A stretch of 64,000 bases of DNA from Macrostomum hystrix. Lineage: Eukaryota > Animalia > Platyhelminthes. The notes beneath the pieces were generated by a model. It was not told the DNA's origin. It saw nothing but the letters and a program-made list of their open reading frames with translations, and searched no databases. Below, one piece after another: positions 1-12,518 of the stretch. The position numbers and the translations under genes are program-made. The stretch covers positions 2,480,001-2,544,000 of the forward strand of contig CATNEN010000038.1 of the NCBI GenBank assembly GCA_950097015.1, read 5' to 3'. Positions within the stretch are counted from its first letter, which is position 1. Each line of letters opens with the position of its first letter.

Positions 1-231
1 GGCACTGGCTAGCAGTTGGTTCCAATGCAAAAGGGCAGATATCTTGTGCTGTAGAATTTCTATGAAAATTTGGCTTGTTTTGCCACCTGCTGGGCTGCTA
101 GAGGTAAATATGCAATAAAATGCTTTTCACATTAGCAATAAACTGATAAATATGCTGCTAATCCGCTTAAAAAACTAATAAGACACTAACAGGAGATAAA
201 ATGAGGAAGAAAATGCATTTATGTAGGGAGA

Positions 232-1059
232 TCCAATCTAGATCTAGGGAGACCCAATCTAGATCTTGGGAGGCCCAATCTAGATCTAGGGAGGCCCAAT
301 CTAGATCTAAGGAGACCCAATCTAGATCTATGGAGATCCAATATAGATCTAGGTAGGCCAAATCTACATCTAAGGAGACCCAATCTAGATCTATAGAGAT
401 CCAATCTAGATCTAGGGAGGCACAATCTAGATTTAAGGAGACCCAATCTAGATCTATGGAGATCCAATCTAGATCTAGGTAGGCCCAATCTAGATCTATG
501 GAGATCCAATCTAGATCTAGGTAGATCTTGGGAGGCCCAAGATGAGATCCTATCTAGATCTAGGGAGGCCCAATATAGATTTAAGGAGACCCAATCTAGA
601 TCTAGGGAGATCCAATCTAGATCTAGGGAGATCCAATCTAGATCTAGGTAGGTCCAATCTAGATCTAGGAAGGTCCAATATAGATCTAGGAAGGTCCAAT
701 CTAGATCTAGGGAGATCCAATCTAGATCTAGGAAGGTCCAATCTAGATCTAGGTAGGTCCAATCTAGATCTAGGAAGGTCCAATCTAGATCTAGGGAGAT
801 CCAATCTAGATCTAGGGAGATCCAATCTAGATCTAGGTAGGTCCAATCTAGATCTAGGAAGGTCCAATATAGATCTAGGAAGGTCCAATCTAGATCTAGG
901 GAGATCCAATCTAGATCTAGGAAGGTCCAATCTAGATCTAGGTAGGTCCAATCTAGATCTAGGAAGGTCCAATCTAGATCTAGTTAGACCCAATCTAGAT
1001 CTAGGAAGGTCCAATCTAGATCTAGGAAGGTCCAATCTAGATCTAGTTAGACCCAATCT
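232..1059. repeat. 21-bp minisatellite (ccaatCTAGATCTAGggagat), ~39 copies, each with a 10-bp palindrome
   Basis: 21-bp periodicity is directly visible. The ORFs here (LDLGRSN repeats) are translations of the repeat. Confidence 0.95.
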
Positions 1060-1883
1060 TAGTCCAATCAAAGCGTCAAATGAGTATTAATTCAGTTAAA
1101 GTCATCGATAAGTTTAATAAATTCGTCCGCAAACACGCTGAGCAGGCTCTCCTCCGCCCTACGCGTCCTGCTCAGGTTTCCTAGATTTAGATTCTTGGAA
1201 AATAGAGCAGGCAGGGAAGATATACACACACAGTGGAGATGGCTGAGCATATCTTCATATGAGAAGCAACTGATTAAAATGCACTCGACTGAGCTCAAAG
1301 TGATTTATCCGCTGTGCGGCACCAAAACTCGCTTGGCTTGTCTCCCCACACCTCCGCCCGACTCCATGTCCCTCCATCTTTGGCTGGGGATCTTTGATTC
1401 CGCGAAGCAAGGAATCCGGTCTTCACTTGTAATGTTCCACACGTAGCCCTGCCCAACCCACCACCCGGCAACCAGAAACCTGCAGCCGGCCTGACCCGCG
1501 AGCTCCCGGGAGAGAGCGGTGCGGCAAAAAAATTATTGCCAGGAGGAGCCAAGAATGTCTTTGCCTGATCCGGCCGCAATCTCGACCTGTGGGGATCTGT
1601 GAAAGAAATGAAAATCCCTGATCTTCAGGCCAGTAGTGCTCTGATCTAAAGTAGAAAATGCTTTCACTGATCTTTTAGATTTACAGACTAGTTAAGATCA
1701 TGTATTTAAATCATTTTCGATAAAGCAGTTTGTCTTAAAAGTCGGCAGAAATTCAAACAGAATGTTCAGATTTATTTTGTAAGAATCTATACCCGGCGAC
1801 CATTGATTTACAACTAAAAATGAAGCAATAGTAGCCGTCTATTTGTGACGTGAAGGAATGCTTTCAAAGAATACATCTTGTGG

Positions 1884-2253
1884 GTGTGAAATAATGGTTG
1901 TTGGATGTGCGTGTCTTCTGGGAAGGTGTGAAATAATGGTTGTTGGATGTGCGTGTCTTCTGGGAAGGTGTGAAATAATGGTTATTGGATGTGCGTGTCT
2001 TCTGGGAAGGTGTGAAATGATGGTTGTTGGATGTGCGTGTCTTCTGGGAAGGTGTGAAATGATGGTTGTTGGATGTGCGTGTCTTCTGGGAAGGTGTGAA
2101 ATAATGGTTGTTGGATGTGCGTGTCTTCTGGGAAGGTGTGAAATAATGGTTGTTGGATGTGCGTGTCTTCTGGGAAGGTGTGAAATAATGGTTGTTGGAT
2201 GTGCGTGTCTTCTGGGAAGGTGTGAAATAATGGTTGTTGGATGTGCGTGTCTT
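1884..2253. repeat. 42-bp minisatellite, left part (interrupted by a retrotransposon)
   Basis: Unit gtgaaataatggttgttggatgtgcgtgtcttctgggaaggt; the same array resumes at 4418. Confidence 0.95.
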
Positions 2254-4417
2254 GACTTACTTGACTTATCTGCAGGGCGGTCCGATGGACACAGCGGGGA
2301 GGCGGGGGTCGCTCATTCCGCTAATCCCTGAGAGACCCGCAATCGGCCGATGGCGCGGGGCCAGTCAGGGAGGTCCGTGGCCGGTCCTTCCTGCAGCTTG
2401 CTCTTCGCTAGGGAAGAAATATGCTCGTCTGGTAGCCCTTAGGAACCGGACGAGCCGCGGGATGTTCTCGGATCTGCAAACGTCGTCCATGGATGGGTTT
2501 GGTCCGAGGTGATTTAGCCTCTCTTTGGTGAAGAAAGGGCATTGGCAGACGAAGTGCAAGGCATCCTCGTTTTCAAGGTGGCAGAACGGGCACAGCTCGC
2601 TCCGGAGGTCTCCTCGGAGGAAACAGTGCCTGGCGTAGCAACCATGGTCCGTGTGGGTCATGGTGAGGGCCCGGATGTCCTTCCGGGTCTGGTTTAGGAG
2701 GACCTTCCGGAGCCGAGTGGATGGCACTGAGACTGCCGCTTTGGATTGGCGGCAATTAATGGTGCTTCTCCACCGGGCAAGATGAAGGTTGGCGGCCCAG
2801 TCATCAATCTGACGATAGATGACGGTGTTCGGAATTTGAACAGGGGGGCAGGGCCCCGGCGCAGAGCTAGCGCCTCCCTGCTTGGCCAGGGAGTCAGCAA
2901 GCTCGTTTCCAGGAAAACCGGCATGCCCTGGTATCCACTGGAGTCTGACGGTATTCTTACCGGCCAGGTTGTTAAGCTGCCGGACACAGTCAGAGACTGT
3001 CCGGGAGGTCGTGGTGGTGTGACAGAGGGCTTGCAGAGCAGCCTGACTGTCCGAGTGAAAGATGATAGTCCTGCCTGAGATGTTTTTCTCGTTCAGCTCC
3101 GCAGCGCAGGAGCTGATGGCCAGGATCTCGTTCTGGAAAACGCTCGAGGAATTTCCAGTGTGTTGGGCGTGTGTGGCGACAACACGTCCGTTGACAAGGA
3201 TACAGATCCCGAAGCCAGCGGAGCCATCCTTCATGGATCCGTCCGTGTAGCAGTGGACCTCCTGGGTGTTCCAGTGGTCGCTAGCTTGATCCCTGGTGGG
3301 GATGAGAACCTTAAAGCACTGAAGGAGGTTGAGCGTGCGCTGTTCTCCGTCCGTAAGGACATTGATTCCGTTGCTCGCGTCCAAATCTCTCAGGCAAAGG
3401 TCCGTGTGCGGCAGGAGCTTTCGTTTTGCTGCCGCTCGATGGGGGACGAAGCGCACTCCGGCATCAAGGAGGCGCCGGGCGGTTTTTGCCGCCTCACCGC
3501 GGATAAAAATATCGAGCGGGAGAATATTCAGGAAGACGCTAAGGCCGTCGAAGGAGGTGGATGGCGGGGCGCTCATGATCCTGCGACACGCGCGGCCTTG
3601 CACTCTCCGAAGAGTCTCAAGGCAGGTCTTTAGCTGCAGGGCGCTAGCCCAGATCAGTCCGGCGTACGAAACAGCCGGTCTGACCCTAGCAGTGTAGATC
3701 CACCAAAGGCGTTTGGGGGTGAGACCCCAAGTGTTGCCTACCGCCCTGCGCAGCTGCGCCAGGATCGCAAAGGCCTTTTTGGCTTTAGCGTGGACATGAG
3801 GAGTCCAGCTGAGCCTGTGATCGAGCGTTATGCCCAAGCATTTAGTTTGCTTCTGGAAGGTGATGTCCTTTCCATACAGCTGGAGGGGGCGAATATGCCA
3901 TTTGTTTTTGCTGGTGAACATGATCGCCGCTGTCTTAGTCTCGGAGAGCTTCAGACCACAGCGAGTTGCCCATCTTTCAGCGTTGTTAATAAAGTTTTGC
4001 AGAAGGTCTCGGAGGGTCTCCGGTGACGGGCCGGATGCCACTGCCGTAACATCATCCGCGTAGCCGACCTTTAGGATGGGGTCCGGCTGAGAGTCCCGAA
4101 GGAGTTCGTCGATAACCATATTCCAGAGAATTAGTGAGAGGACTCCGCCTTGTGGGCTACCTTTGCAGACAGTGACCGTCCGCTGGTGTCCAAGAAGGTG
4201 CGCCGTGGCAGTGCGGTGGCGGACAATGTACATGATCCACCTCCTAAGATGCGAATGCGTGTGCCGCATACGTAGGGCCCTGTCAAACGCCTCGAAGAGA
4301 ACGTTGTCGAAGGCCCCATCAATGTCCAGGAAGATGCTGAGGGCAAAGCCGTTCCCGAGGACGGCCTTTTCCAGAGCGCCCACCAGAGCGTGGAGAGCGC
4401 TTTCGGTGGAGCGGCCC
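2254..4417 (-). mobile_element. 5'-truncated non-LTR retrotransposon (LOA/R1-group-like, RNase H-bearing)
   Basis: Begins mid-RT (GRSTESALH). Ends in a short tandem tail (TAAGTCAAG)x2 on the minus strand. Flanked by the 15-bp duplication ggatgtgcgtgtctt at 2239-2253 and 4418-4432. Confidence 0.92.
2365..4416 (-). CDS. Partial ORF2: reverse transcriptase C-terminal part, RNase H and CCHC zinc knuckle
   Basis: RT motifs FLDIDGAFD, PQGGVLS, GYADD, KCLGITLD. RNase H motifs YTDGS, VFQNE, SDSQAAL, WIPGHAGFPGNELAD. Knuckle CPFC...HFVCQC. No native start because the element is truncated. Confidence 0.9.
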   Translation of the reverse strand, partial: GRSTESALHALVGALEKAVLGNGFALSIFLDIDGAFDNVLFEAFDRALRMRHTHSHLRRWIMYIVRHRTATAHLLGHQRTVTVCKGSPQGGVLSLILWNMVIDELLRDSQPDPILKVGYADDVTAVASGPSPETLRDLLQNFINNAERWATRCGLKLSETKTAAIMFTSKNKWHIRPLQLYGKDITFQKQTKCLGITLDHRLSWTPHVHAKAKKAFAILAQLRRAVGNTWGLTPKRLWWIYTARVRPAVSYAGLIWASALQLKTCLETLRRVQGRACRRIMSAPPSTSFDGLSVFLNILPLDIFIRGEAAKTARRLLDAGVRFVPHRAAAKRKLLPHTDLCLRDLDASNGINVLTDGEQRTLNLLQCFKVLIPTRDQASDHWNTQEVHCYTDGSMKDGSAGFGICILVNGRVVATHAQHTGNSSSVFQNEILAISSCAAELNEKNISGRTIIFHSDSQAALQALCHTTTTSRTVSDCVRQLNNLAGKNTVRLQWIPGHAGFPGNELADSLAKQGGASSAPGPCPPVQIPNTVIYRQIDDWAANLHLARWRSTINCRQSKAAVSVPSTRLRKVLLNQTRKDIRALTMTHTDHGCYARHCFLRGDLRSELCPFCHLENEDALHFVCQCPFFTKERLNHLGPNPSMDDVCRSENIPRLVRFLRATRRAYFFPSEEQAAGRTGHGPP

Positions 4418-4801
4418 GGATGTGCGTGTCTTCTGGGAAGGTGTGAAATAATGGTTGTTGGATGTGTGTGTCTTCTGGGAATGTGTGAAATAATGGTTGT
4501 TCGATGTGCGTGTCTTCTGGGAAGGTGTGATATAATGGTTGTTGGATGTGCGTGTCTTCTGGGAAGGTGTGAAATGATGGGTGTTGGATGTGCGTGTCTT
4601 CTGGGAAGGTGTGAAATAATGGGTGTTGGATGTGCGTGTCTTCTGGGAAGGTGTGAAATGATGGGTGTTGGATGTGCGTGTCTTCTGGGAAGGTGTGAAA
4701 TGATGGGTGTTGGATGTGCGTGTCTTCTGGGAAGGTGTGAAATGATGGGTGTTGGATGTGCGTGTCTTCTGGGAAGGTGTGAAATGATGGGTGTTGGATG
4801 T
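4418..4801. repeat. 42-bp minisatellite, right part
   Basis: Same unit as 1884-2253. Confidence 0.95.
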
Positions 4802-5375
4802 TAGCCATACGATCGTGTTGATCAGTGCTTACTTTCAGTTGCTGTAAGTTGACTAAACACAAAGTAATTGACACTTCATGAAATGTATTTCCAATGTTTC
4901 ATGATATTATTATCCTTAAATGACAGTTGAACAATTCAATATAGATGGGAAAATCAATGGACGAACGTGTTAGGCTAAAATAAAGCAATGTGTTTACAGC
5001 AACACTTTGTAAAGAAAATAGAATCTAACACACACACTCACACTTACACTCACACACACACACACACTCAGAGGCCGTGTTGCGAGGAGCTGTCACGCAA
5101 GAGAGTTTTTTTACTACAGAAGGACACAACTCTCGCCCAAATGCTGAATTTAGATTTTAAATTTCTCAGGGGAGGTTTTTCAAATTTGCCCAAATGTATT
5201 TGTTCTCGGATGTACTGGACTGACGTTAAGTGTCAAAACTGCTAGGTTGTATTAGAGGTATCTGACTACCTCCGTGTTTCTCAGACGCTAGTTAAGGACT
5301 TTAAATTTCCTCCGGTTTCCCACTGGTTGTAGGCTGCGTTCTCTTTATAAAAGTGCAAACAAGTGGCTCTGACTG

Positions 5376-7557
5376 TCAGACTACTGAAATCTGCTGCACA
5401 GCTGACGAATTGGATCGTAGCTCTATGGTCTGGTGTTGTTGCTGTTTCTGCTGCTGCTGCTGACGCTCTCCCTTATGCTGCCCCAGCAATGTCCTGTTCA
5501 TCGTGGACGACCGCCTTAATGGAACCTCTGCTGCAGGAGCTGCAGTGGCTGTCGCTGGCAGCTGCTGCTGAAATGGCCTACCACCGCATGGCAGAAGCAT
5601 ACTGCAGCTGCGCTGAACTTGACCTCCTGGCAATGCCCCGACTGCCGATCCGCCTCTGGACCGGCTGCCGCCGCCGCCGCCGACGCCTACGCCGCCGCCC
5701 CCAGCGTCGCCAAGCACGCACAGCAGCTCCGAGTTCTCATCCATGCTGGCAACCTCCGGGTCCGGACTGTGGTTTCCGGTGTGGTTTCCGTCGGGCTGCC
5801 CGACTAGGCGCGCTCCCAACGCGCCAACCAACGCTGCCGATCCGTTCGCGCGGCAGCTGCCCTGTTCGGCACGCAGCCGACGCCGAAAGCGCCAGTAGTT
5901 GGACAGGCCCTGGCTGCACTTCACCGACAGGGTGGCAAAGAATTCGAATAGTTCCACGAAGGTCACCAGCGACATGCCGATCCAGAGGCCGCCGATGCCG
6001 CCCAGTTCGGAGAGCACCTCGACAAAGCTGTAAGACGGCGACTCGCGAATCAGTGTACTCTTCGACTCTTCGGCGTAGACATTCAGCCGGAGGAAATTGT
6101 CGCGCACGAAGCTTTGCCGGACGCTCCAAGGACCGATGTCGCGGTCCGCTCCGCTGCTCCGGTTCCGACGTTCCAGCACCTGGTCCAGCATTTGGTGGCC
6201 CTCAAACTGGCGCGATCGCAGCGCTGGGATCACGAATGTTTGATAGAAAGCCTCCAGGTCTGACTGGGACGGCCACGGCACTGACACGGTGGCATGCGAG
6301 TACGTGTTCTGCTCGCACGCCTGCGCTCTGCTGCACTCGGCCACATAGCCGTCGTACAGCTGACGCCGGATGTGCGGCTCGAGGCTGTTGAAGTGGGCCA
6401 GCTGGCGGGCCTTCCTCGCTGCGGCGTCGACTCCCCAGTCGGCTAAGTCGATGTGGTGGCAGAGGCTGCTGCGGTTCTCGCTGGGCAGGTAGGTCGACCG
6501 GCAGCCGCAGTGCCATTGGAGGTGCTCTTGCCAGCGTGACACTACGCAGTCGAGTCCGCGCCGCTGGAAGGTGCGCCGACTGTCGCTCTCTGACGTCCAG
6601 TAGGTCACCGAGCCATAGTCCTTAACGCAGTGATGCCCGCTGCGGTTCACGTAGATGTTTCGCGTCATGCGGACGCGCAGGTCCGAGCTCCAGCCGTTGG
6701 CAACGTCGATGCCGCCCCAGTGCGCATGCGGGTAGGTGCCCGGCTCGTGCAGCAGGACTCGAACGCCTTCGGAGGCCTGCATCCCGGCCTTGCCGAACAC
6801 CGTGCCCAACTGCTGAAGAGGGCTTCGCTGATTTGCCGGCGGGTAGGACACCAGGGGCTGCGGTGACATTGTTCGCGATGTCGTGCTGGTGTACAGGATC
6901 AAAGACAGGCCGTCATCTGGTCCGGTGCCCTGGACGCTGCGATCGGGCGGTCGGAAGGTCCAACAGTTCCAGAAGTGGGCATTCTGCACCAGATCGAAGT
7001 CTTTGGACCGGCAAGGCGCCTTCTTGTACCAGCAGCGGACCAGAAGCTGGCTGATGTTGTGTCCAAGCCCCGCTGTGGACTCGCTGGCCCAGAAGTGCTG
7101 CAGCAGGTTGTACCAGTGGAAGTAGTCGTGCATTTTGAACAAGTTCGGTGCATTATAGACTGGCCGCAGAGCCGAGACGAGCGAGTCGATGCTGGCCTCG
7201 AGGCGACGTCTTAGCGGGGTGTCGAGCTGCAGCAGGTGCTGCGGCAGCGGCCGCAGGTTGCAGAGAGTTACATCCGGGAAGACTGTGTCGACGCCCTGGT
7301 TAAGGATGAGCGTGCTGACGGGGGTGTGGCTGAACTGATCCAGAGTAAGGTAGGCATGATAGCAGCAGGCGACAGTCGTGACGCAGGTGAGGATAACCCA
7401 GAAAACCCGCCTAGCGTAGGTGTCCGCCCTGAACAGGTGGGTGACGCCGTGCATGCTGGTCCGCTCTGCGAATCGGTTCAGGTGCAGGAAGATGCCCCGG
7501 AGGGCCATCCTGGTAGCCATAGCGCTTGAGGCTGACGATTGCAGAACCTGCTGCTCG

Positions 7558-7588
<31 letters not shown>

Positions 7589-7634
7589 GATGCTGCCCGA
7601 GCAGCGTCGCCGACAGCTGCTGGTGGGCGGTCAT
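5376..7634 (-). CDS. DEG/ENaC family sodium channel subunit (possibly FaNaC-like), single coding exon, ~752 aa
   Basis: HG motif (FAERTSMHG), TM1 (RRVFWVILT), FPDVTLCN, WNCWTF, GLSLIL, GVRVLLH, Cys-rich thumb, RLNVY, TM2 LSELGGIGGLWIGMSLVTFVE. First in-frame ATG at 7634; the ORF-track start at 7811 is TTG. Confidence 0.93.
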
Positions 7635-8519
7635 TGCAGCGGCGACCCTCTGGACGGAGGTGTCGTCCAGTGCTGGGGAGCCTCTGATTTTACTCTGAGT
7701 ATTGTTTGTCAGCTTCGCTGCTTCTGGCGGTTGGGCAGGGCGAACTCGTATCGCGAGCCTTTCAAATCCTCTGATACTTTTGCTTTCAAGCGGAGTAGTC
7801 TTGGCAGCCAATAGGAGCGAAGCTCAGTGGATTGGACTAAGGGCACGGGAACAGCCAGGCAGACAGACAGACAGACAGACAGAAAGACAGGCAGACAGAC
7901 AGGCATAGAGTGTCTTCGCTGTTAGCCAGCAAGGGAAGGAGGAAAATGAGCTGCAGTGCCTAAGATATTTCAAGGCAATATTCCTGAGCTGTCGACTCCC
8001 CGAATCCGGCACGAGAATTTCCCGCAGGCGGTCAGCTCGCAGACCGCCCGATCGCCTTAGCGTGACAACCGAACAGTTTTCGCTCCCAGATCGAGCCGTT
8101 TTTTCTATCTGCAAATCGACTGCAAATGCCTCAGTGAGCTGCTCGTGGCCTTGACTGGGCTGCTAGAAAGTAAAAAAAATATTGAAGACAGGCAGGCAGA
8201 CGGCCGTGCCGAGAGGAATAAAAATCAAATCAGGCTCTAGGGGGCCCGGCCTGATCAACTGCTGCTAAAAATAATTCGGCCCCAGATGCAGTTATAAGTC
8301 GAGGTGTTCCTATTCGACCAGAGGGTAAACAGTCGCTATTTCTCACTGTCTTCCGGCATGCAGAATACGAAATTTCCCGAGTTCAAGCTAACGATCTGAC
8401 ATTAAAGGCTTGAAGCCTGTCAGACTGATGAATAGCACTGCAGTTTCAGTATTCTAGTAAAGCATGTACATTGATGGGCTTAACGCATGTCTCAGTAGCA
8501 GTTCTGATGCACATCTAAC

Positions 8520-8790
8520 CTCATGGAGCTGGTTATTGAGCTCTGCACTTCTAACCAAGAGGTCGAAAGTTCGCATCTCGATGATAATTGCAGGAGGGCT
8601 GTTGGCAACGGCACATCATTTGGTGACACCAGACTTGGAGCCAGCGAGGAGGCAATTCTGCCCATTTCGCTGACTCCTGAGCACACACGCACACAGGTGT
8701 GTACATCTGCCCTGACTCTCTCATCGTCAGTCAGTGAACACTCTCACTGATGGCCTTGTAGGTTGGCCCTCAGGGGCGTCAATTGCACGA
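8520..8790 (+). mobile_element. Possible degenerate tRNA-derived SINE
   Basis: Weak tRNA-like head (tggagctggtta...aaccaagaggtcgaaagttcgcatc) with a degenerate B box. Boundaries are uncertain. Confidence 0.25.
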
Positions 8791-9734
8791 CAATTAGCCT
8801 TCAAACCTATTTCCTCGGCTGCGCCCAAAATGAATGTGGCTTCGCCGCGGAATCGAGCTCAAGGACTTTGGTGCGAGAGGCAAACGAGTTAACCTCTCTG
8901 GCACTAACCCCTCCGTTGGAATCTTAGCTATACAATAAGAAAAAGAACCCCATTGATTCAGTTCACCAAGCTGCACAATGGATAGCCATGGATAGCAATG
9001 GATAGCTATGGATAGCAGCAATATAAAATGTGCTGGGTGTGGAGGCCTCCCCTGTCCATGGACAGAACAACAGCTGGCTGCGGCTGTACAGTAGCTCGTA
9101 CATACATTTAACATCTGTGCTTGAATCTCTACTATTGTGCTACATCTAGGGTCAAACAGCCTTCTACGACCTACTCGTAGTTATAATGCGACCTCTTTAT
9201 TGCTGAGTAACAATAAATTCTGAGTCGAATTCACTCTTATTCACTCTTAGCCCCAGAGAAATCACTCGACATAGAGGAGCATTTAAACTGTTCTCAGTCA
9301 GTAGGGACTGCCGAACCAGATTCAGTCCTGGGGAATATAGGCGTCGAAAAAAATGAAAAAGTTTACTGCTCAACTTTGACGACAATTTCTGACACTGCTG
9401 CTGCTGCTGCTGCTGCTGCTGCTCAATTTGTGAGCACAAATCTCGGAAGCGTGAGAGCAGCGGAGAGTACAAAACTTAGTCGGCTGCAGGTTGCCCAATT
9501 ACTGCACAATCCTATAGCGAGCAGTGTTGGATGGGTGTGAAATGAGCTCTTTAAATGCCTACTAAAAATCCGTTTCAGTGGGACTGTGCAGCTTAGGACT
9601 AATAAATTGGGCCGTCAAAGTGCGCGAAACTAAATATTCTTTTTGGTTTTCGCCAGAAATACACTGCGGAGATCAGAAATGTTCGCATTTTCACATTTTT
9701 TTGTTTAGCTGTTCTTTTGAAACGTCTTACCTAA

Positions 9735-11007
9735 CAGACAGACACCTAGACCTAGGACAGACAGACACCTAGGACAGACAGACACCTAGGACAGACAGAC
9801 ACCTAGGACAGACAGACACCTAGGACAGACAGACACCTAGGACAGACAGACACCTAGGACAGACAGACACCTAGGACAGACAGACACCTAGGACAGACAG
9901 ACACCTAGGACAGACAGACACCTAGGACAGACAGACACCTAGGACAGACAGACACCTAGGACAGACAGACACCTAGGACAGACAGACACCTAGGACAGAC
10001 AGACACCTAGGACAGACAGACACCTAGGACAGACAGACACCTAGGACAGACAGACACCTAGGACAGACAGACACCTAGGACAGACAGACACCTAGGACAG
10101 ACAGACACCTAGGACAGACAGACACCTACTAGGACAGACAGACACCTAGGACAGACAGACACCTAGGACAGACAGACACCTAGGACAGACAGACACCTAG
10201 GACAGACAGACACCTAGGACAGACAGACACCTAGGACAGACAGACACCTAGGACAGACAGACACCTAGGACAGACAGACACCTAGGACAGACAGACACCT
10301 AGGACAGACAGAAACCTAGGACAGACAGACACCTAGGACAGACAGACACCTAGGACAGACAGACACCTAGGACAGACAGACACCTAGGACAGACAGACAC
10401 CTAGGACAGACAGACACCTAGGACAGACAGACACCTAGGACAGACAGACACCTAGGACAGACAGACACCTAGGACAGACAGACACCTAGGACAGACAGAC
10501 ACCTAGGACAGACAGACACCTAGGACAGACAGACACCTAGGACAGACAGACACCTAGGACAGACAGACACCTAGGACAGACAGACACCTAGGACAGACAG
10601 ACACCTAGGACAGACAGACACCTAGGACAGACAGACACCTAGGACAGACAGACACCTAGGACAGACAGACACCTAGGACAGACAGACACCTAGGACAGAC
10701 AGACACCTAGGACAGACAGACACCTAGGACAGACAGACACCTAGGACAGACAGACACCTAGGACAGACAGACACCTAGGACAGACAGACACCTAGGACAG
10801 ACAGACACCTAGGACAGACAGACACCTAGGACAGACAGACACCTAGGACAGACAGACACCTAGGACAGACAGACACCTAGGACAGACAGACACCTAGGAC
10901 AGACAGACACCTAGGACAGACAGACACCTAGGACAGACAGACACCTAGGACAGACAGACACCTAGGACAGACAGACACCTAGGACAGACAGACACCTAGG
11001 ACAGACA
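9735..11007. repeat. 17-bp minisatellite (cctaggacagacagaca), ~75 near-identical copies
   Basis: Direct periodicity; a second block lies at 11564-11962. Confidence 0.97.
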
Positions 11008-12518
11008 GATAGACAGACTATCTGTCTGTTGCTCGAAGGAATTTTACAAAGCTTTTTTCCTGAAAGTATATATTGGTGGATATTATTTATCATTAAAAGC
11101 ATTAGAACAATGAAATTAACAAAATAGTACACTTTCTAGAAATATAAACTGTCGTATCTCTGTATTGAGCACTTTTCGGCCTCCTAAACTTTTTCTAAGA
11201 AATGTAGTTTGCCGCACTTCTTCTCCTACTGTTTGCAGGCTTCAATGCGCTAATATTGCTACTCACTTGTGCGCATGTGTTCAGTAGTTTGTTGTTAAAT
11301 TAGCTTCAATGTGAATTCGTCAATTATATTAGAATATTCGGCATTGATGTGTGGGGTTGTATAATACTTGTCTCTACTCTAGTTTTGAATCTGAGCCTAG
11401 TTACCAGACACTAACATGGATATGTTTAAGCGTGCTCGCAATGTGCGATTAGGGAGTCGAACCATAGAATATCAATGAGCAGGCTTACGACAGGTTTCTC
11501 TGTTCGGTGATTTCGTTGCTCGACTTAAGTCTCAGAGGGCCTAACGAATTGTCTATGGCCCGACACCTAGGACAGACAGACACCTAGGACAGACAGACAC
11601 CTAGGACAGACAGACACCTAGGACAGACAGACACCTAGGACAGACAGACACCTAGGACAGACAGACACCTAGGACAGACAGACACCTACTAGGACAGACA
11701 GACACCTGTCTAGGACAGACAGACACCTAGGACAGACAGACACCTAGGACAGACAGACACCTAGGACAGACAGACACCTACTAGGACAGACAGACACCTA
11801 GGACAGACAGACACCTAGGACAGACAGACACCTAGGACAGACAGACACCTAGGACAGACAGACACCTAGGACAGACAGACACCTAGGACAGACAGAAACC
11901 TAGGACAGACAGACACCTAGGACAGACAGACACCTAGGACAGACAGACACCTAGGACAGACAGATAGACAGACTATCTGTCTGTTGCTCGAAGGAATTTT
12001 ACAAAGCTTTTGTCCTGAAAGTATATATTGGTGGATATTATTTATCATTAAAAGCATTAGAACAATGAAATTAACAAAATAGTACACTTTCTAGAAATAT
12101 AAACTGTCGTATCTCTGTATTGAGCACTTTTCGGCATCCTAAACTTTTTCTAAGAAATGTAGTTTGCCGCACTTCTTCTCCTACTGTTTGCAGGCTTCAA
12201 TGCGCTAATATTGCTACTCACTTGTGCGCATGTGTTCAGTAGTTTGTTGTTAAATTAGCTTCAATGTGAATTCGTCAATTATATTAGAATATTCGGCATT
12301 GATGTGTGGGGTTGTATAATACTTGTCTCTACTCTAGTTTTGAATCTGAGCCTAGTTACCAGACACTAACATGGATATGTTTAAGCGTGCTCGCAATGTG
12401 CGATTAGGGAGTCGAACCATAGAATATCAATGAGCAGGCTTACGACAGGTTTCTCTGTTCGGTGATTTCGTTGCTCGACTTAAGTCTCAGAGGGCCTAAC
12501 GAATTGTCTATGGCCCGA
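11008..12518. repeat. Tandem duplication of a 556-bp unique segment (11008-11563 and 11963-12518) separated by a block of the 17-bp repeat
   Basis: The copies are nearly identical; I saw two substitutions (cttttttcc/cttttgtcc and ggcctcc/ggcatcc). Confidence 0.93.

Noticed and set aside
542-1090. Leucine-repeat-like ORFs (LDLGRSN)
   Set aside because: A 21-bp repeat open on both strands; not an LRR or zipper gene.
1092-1590. Coding-like minus-strand stretch (…NLSRTRRAEESLLSVFADEFIKLIDDFN*) with acceptor-like sites
   Set aside because: Could be terminal exons of a gene, but I could not build a consistent model or recognise a family.
5363-6391. 342-aa plus-strand ORF and other antisense ORFs over the channel, PKA and retrotransposon genes
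   Set aside because: Shadow ORFs of GC-rich coding sequence with no recognisable motifs.
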